In this document: in pieces, positions 8,960 through 18,135 of the stretch
Layout: every line of letters begins with the position of its first letter
Position numbering within the stretch: the stretch's first letter is position 1
Source of the DNA: a virus
IMG/VR virus record: IMGVR_UViG_3300035698_017305
Location: 68,814-132,813 of that record
Direction: 5' to 3' (one strand)
Length of the DNA: 64,000 nucleotides
Position numbers and translations under genes: made by a program
The notes under the pieces: model-generated
Seen by the model: only the letters and a program-made list of their open reading frames with translations
What the model was told of the DNA's origin: nothing
Databases searched by the model: none

Positions 8960-9885
8960 TGGCCCTTGAACTGATCACAGTAATAGTAAGCGATGATTCC
9001 GTACCTTCTCAATTAGTTGAGGGGGTTACTGTTCGTTTGTACCCTGAGGGTGAATACACCCACGTCCAAGAGCAAGAGACGGACGACGAAGGGGAAGCCA
9101 CCATGCTGATTGATGTGGAAGAACCATCTCAGCGATTTGAAGTGCGCTTCTACAAAAGGCAGACTCGATTTCCCACTAACACATTCATAGAGGTGGAGAG
9201 TCCAGCAGAGGACACCCAAGTATTCGACGTTACGGCAACAGTGCAAGATCGTCCTGTCTCTACCGACCCAAACCTCTGTCGGTGTTATGGGTACGCGTCG
9301 TCATTGAACACTGCCGGGTTACCACTGGAGACATCAGTAATATGGTTGTCCCCATACGATGAAACATTCGTAGGTCATGGCTTGTTTGTGGCAGGGAAAG
9401 CGCAAGTAAAAGTCGTCGGTACAGATGGGTTATTCTGGATTGATCTGGTAAGGGAACAGACCTACATTGCAGAGGTCCTCGGGATGTGTAATGTCTTAGA
9501 GTTCACTGTACCCGACAGATCATGGGCGGACTTCAGCGATTTGTTATTCATATACGTAGCTACATTGACACTAACACCGGATGACGATTCAGTATCCTTA
9601 GAGCAAGGCACTGAAACAGAGTTGGACTTGTCCGTAATCCTGTCTAACACTCAAGAGCTAACCGATTACGACGCAAGGAATTGGCTCACGATAGAGAGCA
9701 GTGATGTGTCGGTCGCTTCCATCAGATGGGAACTAAGTTCCAGGAAGCTGACCATACGAGGGGTAGCCACTGGGTCCACCACTATAACTATAGATGCGGA
9801 TCCGGATTACTCTCTCCCACGGGTGCCTCCTAAGGTGGTGGACCCTGTGACCATTACTGTAACGGTTGTGAGCGATGGAAGTTAA
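8959..9885 (+). CDS. Virion structural protein with a C-terminal Ig-like (Big_2-type) domain
   Basis: Start moved to ATG 8959 (TAATG coupling). C-terminus SVSLEQGTETELDLSV...ESSDVSVASI...LTIRGVATGSTTITI is a Big_2-type pattern. Confidence 0.7.
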   Translation: MALELITVIVSDDSVPSQLVEGVTVRLYPEGEYTHVQEQETDDEGEATMLIDVEEPSQRFEVRFYKRQTRFPTNTFIEVESPAEDTQVFDVTATVQDRPVSTDPNLCRCYGYASSLNTAGLPLETSVIWLSPYDETFVGHGLFVAGKAQVKVVGTDGLFWIDLVREQTYIAEVLGMCNVLEFTVPDRSWADFSDLLFIYVATLTLTPDDDSVSLEQGTETELDLSVILSNTQELTDYDARNWLTIESSDVSVASIRWELSSRKLTIRGVATGSTTITIDADPDYSLPRVPPKVVDPVTITVTVVSDGS

Positions 9886-11130
9886 ATGGAAAATGAGCTT
9901 AGGTCTTCAGTACAAGACTTGCTCGGTCGTGTTTCTTTCCCAGATGAATTCACCCGGCTGAGAGACACCGCTGCGCTAACGCTATACCTGTCTCCAGCAT
10001 CCTTCCCTTCTGTGTCTACAATGATACGCAACGAGGCCCTCCTGTACATGGGTGCCGCCGCCGATGCAGGGTTGTCTATAATACTAGCTCTGAAAGACTC
10101 CTGGAGACCAGAGGAAGGGTATACCAATGGGGTCGCCCCGTTAGAGAAGGCGGCTCAGGACATGAAGGTAGCGGCCCGGGCCCCATCAGGGGTTAAGAGC
10201 TCACAGATAGGGTCCTTTGTTAACAAGATTGAGAAGTTCGAAACAGGTATCAAGTCATCTGTAAGGGCGGGGGCTTCAGGAAAGACCGGCATGGATGCCA
10301 GTACCTACATAGATGAACAGTACATTCTCTTCACCGATAACTTGGTTAAGGGGGTGGCTTCTTGTTGGGGGTTGGTCGGAGCTTCAACATCCTATCTATC
10401 ATTCTTACCAACGGATTTATCCAATAGGATTATGGAAGCCGCAGGTGACATGATAGGAGAGCTTGCGGAGTACCTGTCTGAGGGGGGCGGACGAGGTGAA
10501 CAGTACTCGGTACTAGCTCTGACCTCTACTATAAAGGCAGTGGTTAAAGCTACTGACTCAGAAGTGGAGGTGGACGTACCAGACTCTCACGCTGAAGCTA
10601 TACAGACACTAGCCATTCTACTTAAGGAAGTAGATAAGTCATTTGGTACTATAGATTCTGACTTTTTCAGAGGGGTGTTGTCATCATCCTTGACATCTTC
10701 AGTTCAGTCTAAAGAGAAGGCCAGGGAGATGTCTAAGAGACTCATGCGATTCTTAGTCTTCGTGACCGATGACATCAGTGATGAGGTGTTGAGGTGGGTA
10801 GGTCCTACCTCTAGCCAAGACCCCACGGTCCTGGGAGTGTTAGAAGGGTACTCTGTCACTACCAGTGATGATTCTAACCAAGTAGTGTTAGGTATCATTG
10901 ATAGATTAGAGGACAGAGGGTACGATAGAGCTGCGGATTCTCTAAGGTCAGGGGACATAGAGGTCTTTGCAACAATGACTGAGGAGGAAGCTTCCTATGC
11001 TGGGGCTGCTACTGAAAGCCTGCGTAGGATCTCCCTATTCCAGAATAACAACAACGATATAGATTGGGTTGGTAAAGAGGAGCTGCTAAGCAGGACATTT
11101 CGCGGTGGGCTCCCATCATTGGAGGAATAA
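9886..11130 (+). CDS. Hypothetical mostly helical protein (414 aa), tail region
   Basis: Long ORF abutting both neighbours; no motif recognised. Confidence 0.7.
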   Translation: MENELRSSVQDLLGRVSFPDEFTRLRDTAALTLYLSPASFPSVSTMIRNEALLYMGAAADAGLSIILALKDSWRPEEGYTNGVAPLEKAAQDMKVAARAPSGVKSSQIGSFVNKIEKFETGIKSSVRAGASGKTGMDASTYIDEQYILFTDNLVKGVASCWGLVGASTSYLSFLPTDLSNRIMEAAGDMIGELAEYLSEGGGRGEQYSVLALTSTIKAVVKATDSEVEVDVPDSHAEAIQTLAILLKEVDKSFGTIDSDFFRGVLSSSLTSSVQSKEKAREMSKRLMRFLVFVTDDISDEVLRWVGPTSSQDPTVLGVLEGYSVTTSDDSNQVVLGIIDRLEDRGYDRAADSLRSGDIEVFATMTEEEASYAGAATESLRRISLFQNNNNDIDWVGKEELLSRTFRGGLPSLEE

Positions 11131-11495
11131 TGGCGGACACTCCTGGCACAAGTTTAGAGGTGCGGATAGCGATAGGCAACGCCATAGCCTTGCTGCGTGC
11201 ACTGGATGCCAATGAGTTCATAGCCAGTACGGGCATGGCCGGTAGGTCAGGAGCGGGCAACCCAATCACTCCAGTGTCTTTAGACGACCTGTTGGAGCAG
11301 GCCATCAGTTCCATAGAGGGTGAGAGATCATTCTTCGTGACAGAATGGAAAGCGGCAGAAGAGGTGACGGCCCCATCTAAACTGGGTAGGCTGGATGAAC
11401 TTGAAGCTATGCTAACTAAGGTGTCGCAGGCAGCTAAGACCCTGGATACTGAGAGTGGCAGCTACTTACACGACCGTAACCTGGATTCATTGTAA
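11130..11495 (+). CDS. Hypothetical protein (121 aa)
   Basis: TAATG coupling on both sides. Confidence 0.65.
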   Translation: MADTPGTSLEVRIAIGNAIALLRALDANEFIASTGMAGRSGAGNPITPVSLDDLLEQAISSIEGERSFFVTEWKAAEEVTAPSKLGRLDELEAMLTKVSQAAKTLDTESGSYLHDRNLDSL

Positions 11496-12148
11496 TGAGC
11501 CAAGACATACAAGCCATAAAACTATCTGATGTACTTCAGGTAACGGGGGTAAGGGGTGCTCTAAGTTCCCCTCCAACATTTGCTGTTACCGGGGAAGACT
11601 TTAGGAATATTGAGACCGTATTGATCAATGGTGTCCCATCCCCTGAGGTGGTAATACTATCGGACACACGGCTATTAGCACAGGTACCTGATTCGGTAGT
11701 GGGGGAGACCTTTAAGGGAGTGGAAGCCCTCAGTGCCTACTTTACCAACACCAAAGAGGCTAGTAAGATCCAGTTCGGCCTTGGCCGAAGCACTAAGAAG
11801 GTTAGTGGGATAATGAAGATGGCCCAGACATTTTTGAAAGTTCTATTGCAGTCCCCGGGGTCCGACATCTTTGATCCTACATCCGGAGGAGGACTGATGA
11901 AGCTTATCGGTTCTAACACAGACAAATCTGGTGCCGACATCTCAGCCTCTGTGTCTATGGCAGTGGCAAGGGCCTCAGACCAAGTACGAAACAAACAAAT
12001 GCTAGATTCTAGGCTTAACGCTGATGAGAAACTGGCGGTAGCACAGATCATACAAATGCAGTATGATTCTAATAGCACAAGGCTTTTGGTCAGCTTGTCT
12101 CTATTGGCTATCTCTGGAGCTTCTGCCGGGGCAATACTAGCAACGTAA
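11495..12148 (+). CDS. Baseplate wedge / sheath-initiator protein (gp25/gpW-like) with an N-terminal IPT-like domain
   Basis: VSGIMKMAQTFLKVLLQSPGSDIFDPTSGGGL resembles gp25 Q...LL.TxxGE..F.P.YG; lies immediately upstream of the J-like gene. Confidence 0.72.
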   Translation: MSQDIQAIKLSDVLQVTGVRGALSSPPTFAVTGEDFRNIETVLINGVPSPEVVILSDTRLLAQVPDSVVGETFKGVEALSAYFTNTKEASKIQFGLGRSTKKVSGIMKMAQTFLKVLLQSPGSDIFDPTSGGGLMKLIGSNTDKSGADISASVSMAVARASDQVRNKQMLDSRLNADEKLAVAQIIQMQYDSNSTRLLVSLSLLAISGASAGAILAT

Positions 12149-12157
12149 GGTGGGTTA

Positions 12158-15100
12158 ATGGCTACCGATATGAAACAGTTTTTGGAGGAACTCCTTGGAG
12201 CATTCTCCCCAGATCTAGACTTGAGCGAAGGTTCGCCTGCTCAAGAAGAGTTGATTAACCCTATCATCAGTAGGATGGGCACCGACCCATTGGATACTGA
12301 TACCTATGCCTTCATAAAGGATAGGCTGTCTAGAGAGTATCCAGAGCTGGCATTAGGGGATCAGGAAGCCTTAACAGACTTCATGGTGAAGCCTCTTACC
12401 ATACTTATGGAGCCCTTCAAGAACTCCATTAACAGGATTAAGCAGGGGCAGACTCTACGGGACCCATCAGTTTTGACATCATCTGATGTAGACAACCTTG
12501 TGGCTAACCAATTTCTGACCCGAGATAAAGGGGCTAGGTCTACGGGCACCGCCCGGGTATACTTTAGGGCCCCAACGTTTGCTGAGGTCACCCCATACAA
12601 CCAGCTCTTGTCTGACACTGGGTTAACGTTCCTACCCACCGAGTTCCAGAGCATCACCGCTGAGTCCATGGCCCTTAACCGGGAGTCCAGGGCTAAGTAC
12701 TACTTCGATATCCAGGTAGTGGCCGAACAGGCTGGAACTAGTTACAACCTGACCCCAGGTAAACTGCAAAGCATTGATGGGCTGCCACAGGCTACTGGTT
12801 TAACTAACCTAACTGACATAGCTGGAGGTCTGGATGAGCAACCTCCTTCAGACTTTGCGGCGGAAGCTGAGAGGAGTACTACTGAGAGGTCCCTCAACAC
12901 GTTCAGAGGCATCTACACCCGCATCATGGATGATTACCCCAACGTCAGGTCTGTGGAAGTAGTAGGGTACAACGACCCTGAGATGGAGAGGGATGAAATA
13001 AGGGCTGATAACAGACCATTCACTATGCTGTCTGGGTTCTGCATCATCCTCTATGATTTAGTAGTGTTTGTGTCTGAGTTCGGTGACCTTGGCCCGGGTG
13101 GACTGTACCGCATTGAAGCAGGTGACACATTCAAGATGTCGTACTCTGATATATTCTACAAAGGTATGGCCTGGGCTGACAGATCAGAGGAACTTGAGAT
13201 TGAGAGGGTATACTTCAGTCTGTTGGACTTCCTGCCTAACATGGTGGGCCCTTCAGTGCATATCTTTAAGCTGAGTACCTTACCATCCGTGGATGCGTCG
13301 GTCATGCTTAACTCCGTGGCGGGATGGGGTCTTATCCAGAAGGACATGACTCCTAACATCACCTTGTCTGATATCCCTGGGGGCCTCACTTACGAGAGCA
13401 CTAGGAACGGTTCCCCTATGGTGGACAGCAACGCCATACATATTGGGGGGCATTCGGATGTGTATGTTAGACCGTACACTACTATGACAGACACCCTAAC
13501 TGTGTCCAACATTCTTGGTCTTTACCCTGAGAAGAACGGTGAGGACATGATCCTTACCACTGGTAGCAACGTTGTTTCGGTAGCGGAGTCTGAGACTAAT
13601 GCTGACTTCGACTTTACCGAAACAGTATCTCCTAGCATGGGCATTAAGATCTATGGGGTTGGTACATACAAGGTGCTGGCAGTAACTGCTACCTCCTTGG
13701 TGTTGGATGCCGAGATGCCTGCCACCAGAACTGGGGTTAGGTACAGGGCGTTCAGTGATATTGATGTGAGCTTGACCGAGAACAAACAACTATTGTATCC
13801 GCCTGATGGTGCTAATGATGCCGTTGGGTTACGCACTGATGTAGGAAGCGATGTAGTCAGACTACCTATCAACCCCAGATTGTATGGGGCTGTGGTGGGG
13901 GACACTATCGAGATAACTAGTGGCCTCGACCAAGGTTTCTATTCCATCGTTGAATTCATTGACAATTCTAGAGTAGAGATCAGCGGCTCCACTGGGTCAA
14001 CTGACACCACTACGTTCAAGCTGTTCAAACCTTTGGATAACATAACGCTTCCACTGGTCCGTATTAAAGACGTAGATCTTCTTGACACAACTGCTCAACC
14101 CACCGGGTTGAAGATCCCTTATGCTTACCCTGTTGATACTAGAAACACCCGCAGTTTTGGTGGAGCTAAAACAAAAGGGGAAGCAGCGGCTGGGTTTGTG
14201 CTACCAGAGCTTAAGTTCTGGGACGACTCGATTGTACCGTCCGGTCTAACCAACTTGGCGGCAGCCTCATCCATATGGCCTGATGAAGAGCCAGCAGGGT
14301 GGCCTGAAATGTTGCCTTGGCCACCCCCAACTATAGGAGCATGGTTTGGGTTCACAGTCCCCATGCTTACTGTAGGCCCTGGAGGAATCGGGTTTGAGTA
14401 CGCTACGGACACCGCCACACTGCTTGACCCTAAGCTGGCCTGCTGTGAAGATGGCATACCTGTAGTCATGCTAATCCCTGGCAGTGGTATCATTGACGGA
14501 AATGATGACTACCAGTTCAGTTTTGTGGAAGTATGTTTTCCTAACGCGGTATGGGATGGTGAGTCCAATGTATTCATAGGGCTACCTGATGTACCATGGG
14601 GTTCTATTGCAAAGTACTTTGATGCTATCAACACATCTGTCGGTGATGAGGTGTACGCACCCCCATTCCCTGATATACCACGCAACCCACTGAAGGATGC
14701 TGTGGCCGGGGATATACTGACAGTGAAGTCTGGGCTAGTAGAAGGCTCATACAAGATCAAGAAAGCCTATTGCCTACCATTCCACCTAGGGGATGTAGTG
14801 GATTACCTGTACGGTATCCCTGCAAAGCCGGATTGGTATCCTAGTTGGCAGGTATGGCCACCCATTTGGACACCATCTGATGACGATCCAGAGCCTGACT
14901 GGTGGGCTAAGCTAGTAGCGGCTCAATATGATGAAGCTGACTACGACTCAACTCAGTACGCTTTGCTTACCCAGTGGCCGCCGATATATCCTCCACTGAC
15001 TTCAGACCCACCTTGGTGGGACGCTGACGTCGCTGGTGGGGCTGCTGTAACATTCATCCCCGAGTTCGGTGGGAGTGGTTGGCCTACCGCTGACCCTAGC

Positions 15101-17854
15101 ACTGGAGTACCTACTGGCTGGGAAGAGTTCTGGCCATTGGAAGACACTCCTCCGTTCCCATACCCGCCAGCTTTAGAAGACTGGCCCCCATATACTCAGC
15201 CTGTTTTTTGGCCAGGGGCTTTGCCTCTGTCTCAAATACCGCTGCCTGTGGTTGGGGCGGGTGTTCTGCCAGACTTAAACTTGATGGTACCTTGGCCTCC
15301 TAAATCATGGACTCCCCCAGAGGATCCGCCTTGGTGGTGGCCTACTACGGGGGAAGGTGAGGCAGAAGGAGAAGGGTACGTTCAGGAGTGGCCCTGGGAT
15401 CCATATGATGGGGTAAGTGCCTACCCCTCATCCACAACTGACTCTACTACAGGTTCGTCTGATGTAACTGGGGCACTCACTACCCCCTTTACTATCGAGG
15501 CTTCTATAGTTGAGCTGGATGCACTGTTCCATGACAGATCTTCCGTTGTTAACCAACTGAATGAGATCCTTAACGATGAGGCACAACTAGGGTCTGTCAT
15601 AGAATCTATAGCGACACTGGCTGGGACACCCCTCACCGATGAGGAGGTGGCTATCTGGGTTGGTATGGTGCAGTCCTTTGTAACCCTGTTCGGAGAGAAT
15701 GTAGGGCTGTTAATATCAGTGTTGGGCACAGCGATTAACCTAGTGTTTGGGGTTAACATATCCTCTTGGTTAATACCCATTGTGTACAACCTTTGGGCCC
15801 TTATGATTACAGACGGCATAGGTACGGACACGTCCCAACTACTAGAGCTGGTTGAAGCGATGGGCATTGACCCTTCCCTCATCCCAGGACTTGAGGATCT
15901 GGAACTTGACTTCACTGTGCCTCCTGAGACTGTCAAGTATGCGTTTGAGCAGATCAAAGACTTGCTGTTCCCTGCATACTCAGTAGGAACACCGGCCCGT
16001 GGGTACCTACGTACTTACTTTATGAACCCCACCACGGTTCAGTTCGAGGGTAAGCACGCGTGGCCTTCACTGTTTATGACTGAGGTAGCTGGCGCTCCCA
16101 AGTTCTTTGCTGCTGATAATAGTGAAGACCCTTACGACCTCGTTCCTCCTAGAGATGAGGATGGCGGGGCGCTGGATACTGCATTACCCCGGGACTTGGT
16201 TGTAGTTAACCCTCTCGAAGGCATACTTAAGTTGACAGACCTGTCCAACCCGACGCTGTTGGAGCGGGGAGTGCTAGCCGGTACTGACCGGATTGAAATA
16301 CACGAACAGGTGTTCATTAACACCGAGCTTAGAGGACCATATGCACAGGGTTACTTAGGTGTAGCCGGTGTGTTGACCACTGCTGGGTCTACTGAGGTAG
16401 AAATACCCGTCGGTTGCCCTCAGACATTTACCCCAGATAACAAGGGGGATTTACTCTTCATAGAAGATGGAGATGACGAGGGCGGCTACGTTGTCACTCA
16501 GTGGGTGAACTCTAGGACAGTAGTGTTGGACAGGGAGATGTCTAAGACGTCAGTCCAAGGGGCAAAGATAGGCCAGGGCGTGGTCATGTTTGACGCGGAC
16601 GAAGAGACCAACCTTGTCATTGGTGATGCTGTGTTTGACGCCGGAGACGTGGGTCTGTACATCACTGTATGGGGAGGGGTAGAGCCAGAGATGGACGGTA
16701 CCTTCCTCGTCACAGCGGTTGGGGAAGATCTAGATACCCTAACCGTTACTAGATCTAGTGGTAACTTCCCTGAAATTACTGCGGGTATGACAGAAGATGA
16801 GATGAACGTCTACAGTGTGTGCTGGGTTATCCACTCAGCCCCTGAAGACGACCCCATCCCCACGTCTGGTGGGGGTACTGAGTTGTACGCCGTCCAACCG
16901 TTCAGGCTGTACAGAAAGGTACCCAAGACCTATGACATCCTTACCATCGACACCACGTTGGATCTGGATGCATCCACCTTCTCAGTACAGAATGCTGGGA
17001 GAGGTGCCCTCACAACCCAAGTAAGGCCCAGTGACTACTGCCCTTACCGTGTGGTTAGACCGTTTGTTCAGAGGATTAGTGCCACGGAGATGGCTAATAA
17101 CCGCACCATAGGAGACATGTACTACTTCGACGTCATGGTTTACTCACTATCTCATGACCCGTCTGTGAACTTGGATGAAGCTACTAGGTTCGAACCTATA
17201 GTGGGCACCTACTCATCAGATGGATGGAGAGCAGAGGTAGAGGACACTAAGTACACATTCTCTACGTTGGAAGAGCCCAGTGTGGTGCTGAGCTCACAGG
17301 TCCTCCCTAGCGGTAGCCCGGATAGCGGAGAGAACTATATCCAGTTGTTGGATCAGAGTATCCAGATCAACTATGACCGATCACCAGTGGTAGCTACTAT
17401 CCAGAACTTACTTACGTCCCGACAGGACAGGGTAATAGACTGTAGCCCACTGGCTAGGCACTTCCTGCCATCGTATGTAACGGTCCGGAAGACCTATACT
17501 GGGGGCAGTGAGTCCAACGTTGTGGCGAAGTCCGTTGTTGACTACATCAATGGTCGTGGGGCTATTGATCCTATTCAAATGGACGAAGTAGAGGACCTGA
17601 TTAAGAAGACAGGATCTAACCACATCACTCAAGAGTCTTGGATCATATCGTTGACCCATGACTTGGACCGTAGGATTGTGGGCAACAGAACCAGAGATAT
17701 GATAGGAGGCTCCGAGCCCTTCTACTTCAAGGGTTCTAACAGGATCTCGTACTTCATAGCTGGTGAGGACATCAGTGGGGTTGACTTGGACGAGGTAGGG
17801 GACGATGCGGTAGTGTTTATGGACCGCTCTCCGGGAGCAATCTCATTTAGATAA
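12158..17854 (+). CDS. Baseplate J-like wedge protein (P2 gpJ / Mu gp47 family), greatly extended (1898 aa)
   Basis: RDKGARSTGTARVYF, VVAEQAGTSYNL, LTNLTDIAGGLDEQ and VRSVEVVG are Baseplate_J patterns; C-terminal VAKSVVDYING...MDEVEDLI also fits. Confidence 0.8.
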   Translation: MATDMKQFLEELLGAFSPDLDLSEGSPAQEELINPIISRMGTDPLDTDTYAFIKDRLSREYPELALGDQEALTDFMVKPLTILMEPFKNSINRIKQGQTLRDPSVLTSSDVDNLVANQFLTRDKGARSTGTARVYFRAPTFAEVTPYNQLLSDTGLTFLPTEFQSITAESMALNRESRAKYYFDIQVVAEQAGTSYNLTPGKLQSIDGLPQATGLTNLTDIAGGLDEQPPSDFAAEAERSTTERSLNTFRGIYTRIMDDYPNVRSVEVVGYNDPEMERDEIRADNRPFTMLSGFCIILYDLVVFVSEFGDLGPGGLYRIEAGDTFKMSYSDIFYKGMAWADRSEELEIERVYFSLLDFLPNMVGPSVHIFKLSTLPSVDASVMLNSVAGWGLIQKDMTPNITLSDIPGGLTYESTRNGSPMVDSNAIHIGGHSDVYVRPYTTMTDTLTVSNILGLYPEKNGEDMILTTGSNVVSVAESETNADFDFTETVSPSMGIKIYGVGTYKVLAVTATSLVLDAEMPATRTGVRYRAFSDIDVSLTENKQLLYPPDGANDAVGLRTDVGSDVVRLPINPRLYGAVVGDTIEITSGLDQGFYSIVEFIDNSRVEISGSTGSTDTTTFKLFKPLDNITLPLVRIKDVDLLDTTAQPTGLKIPYAYPVDTRNTRSFGGAKTKGEAAAGFVLPELKFWDDSIVPSGLTNLAAASSIWPDEEPAGWPEMLPWPPPTIGAWFGFTVPMLTVGPGGIGFEYATDTATLLDPKLACCEDGIPVVMLIPGSGIIDGNDDYQFSFVEVCFPNAVWDGESNVFIGLPDVPWGSIAKYFDAINTSVGDEVYAPPFPDIPRNPLKDAVAGDILTVKSGLVEGSYKIKKAYCLPFHLGDVVDYLYGIPAKPDWYPSWQVWPPIWTPSDDDPEPDWWAKLVAAQYDEADYDSTQYALLTQWPPIYPPLTSDPPWWDADVAGGAAVTFIPEFGGSGWPTADPSTGVPTGWEEFWPLEDTPPFPYPPALEDWPPYTQPVFWPGALPLSQIPLPVVGAGVLPDLNLMVPWPPKSWTPPEDPPWWWPTTGEGEAEGEGYVQEWPWDPYDGVSAYPSSTTDSTTGSSDVTGALTTPFTIEASIVELDALFHDRSSVVNQLNEILNDEAQLGSVIESIATLAGTPLTDEEVAIWVGMVQSFVTLFGENVGLLISVLGTAINLVFGVNISSWLIPIVYNLWALMITDGIGTDTSQLLELVEAMGIDPSLIPGLEDLELDFTVPPETVKYAFEQIKDLLFPAYSVGTPARGYLRTYFMNPTTVQFEGKHAWPSLFMTEVAGAPKFFAADNSEDPYDLVPPRDEDGGALDTALPRDLVVVNPLEGILKLTDLSNPTLLERGVLAGTDRIEIHEQVFINTELRGPYAQGYLGVAGVLTTAGSTEVEIPVGCPQTFTPDNKGDLLFIEDGDDEGGYVVTQWVNSRTVVLDREMSKTSVQGAKIGQGVVMFDADEETNLVIGDAVFDAGDVGLYITVWGGVEPEMDGTFLVTAVGEDLDTLTVTRSSGNFPEITAGMTEDEMNVYSVCWVIHSAPEDDPIPTSGGGTELYAVQPFRLYRKVPKTYDILTIDTTLDLDASTFSVQNAGRGALTTQVRPSDYCPYRVVRPFVQRISATEMANNRTIGDMYYFDVMVYSLSHDPSVNLDEATRFEPIVGTYSSDGWRAEVEDTKYTFSTLEEPSVVLSSQVLPSGSPDSGENYIQLLDQSIQINYDRSPVVATIQNLLTSRQDRVIDCSPLARHFLPSYVTVRKTYTGGSESNVVAKSVVDYINGRGAIDPIQMDEVEDLIKKTGSNHITQESWIISLTHDLDRRIVGNRTRDMIGGSEPFYFKGSNRISYFIAGEDISGVDLDEVGDDAVVFMDRSPGAISFR

Positions 17855-18119
17855 CTGAGTGGGACAATACCAGTCCGGTGTGTGGGTCCGATGTGGCTCC
17901 ACACTCCTGGCACTTACCAACGAAGTTGGGCAATATGGCCCCAGTTTTAAACGGGGTTACAGGATGAAGGACTTTTGACACAGGACCACCGCACACAGTG
18001 CAGGATACCTGGGCGAAGAAAGCTTCTTCTTTCTCCACTTCAGGGGTTATAATGTCTTCAACTCCGTCTACGAGTTCCGCAAACTCTGATGGTGGTTTTG
18101 GTGGCAAATTATAATCCAT
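17847..18119 (-). CDS. Small Zn-ribbon protein, antisense within the tail operon
   Basis: CTVCG...CQECG; start moved to ATG 18119; fills the gap between two + strand genes. Confidence 0.65.
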   Translation of the reverse strand: MDYNLPPKPPSEFAELVDGVEDIITPEVEKEEAFFAQVSCTVCGGPVSKVLHPVTPFKTGAILPNFVGKCQECGATSDPHTGLVLSHSVI

Positions 18120-18135
18120 GGACACAGGATAAACA

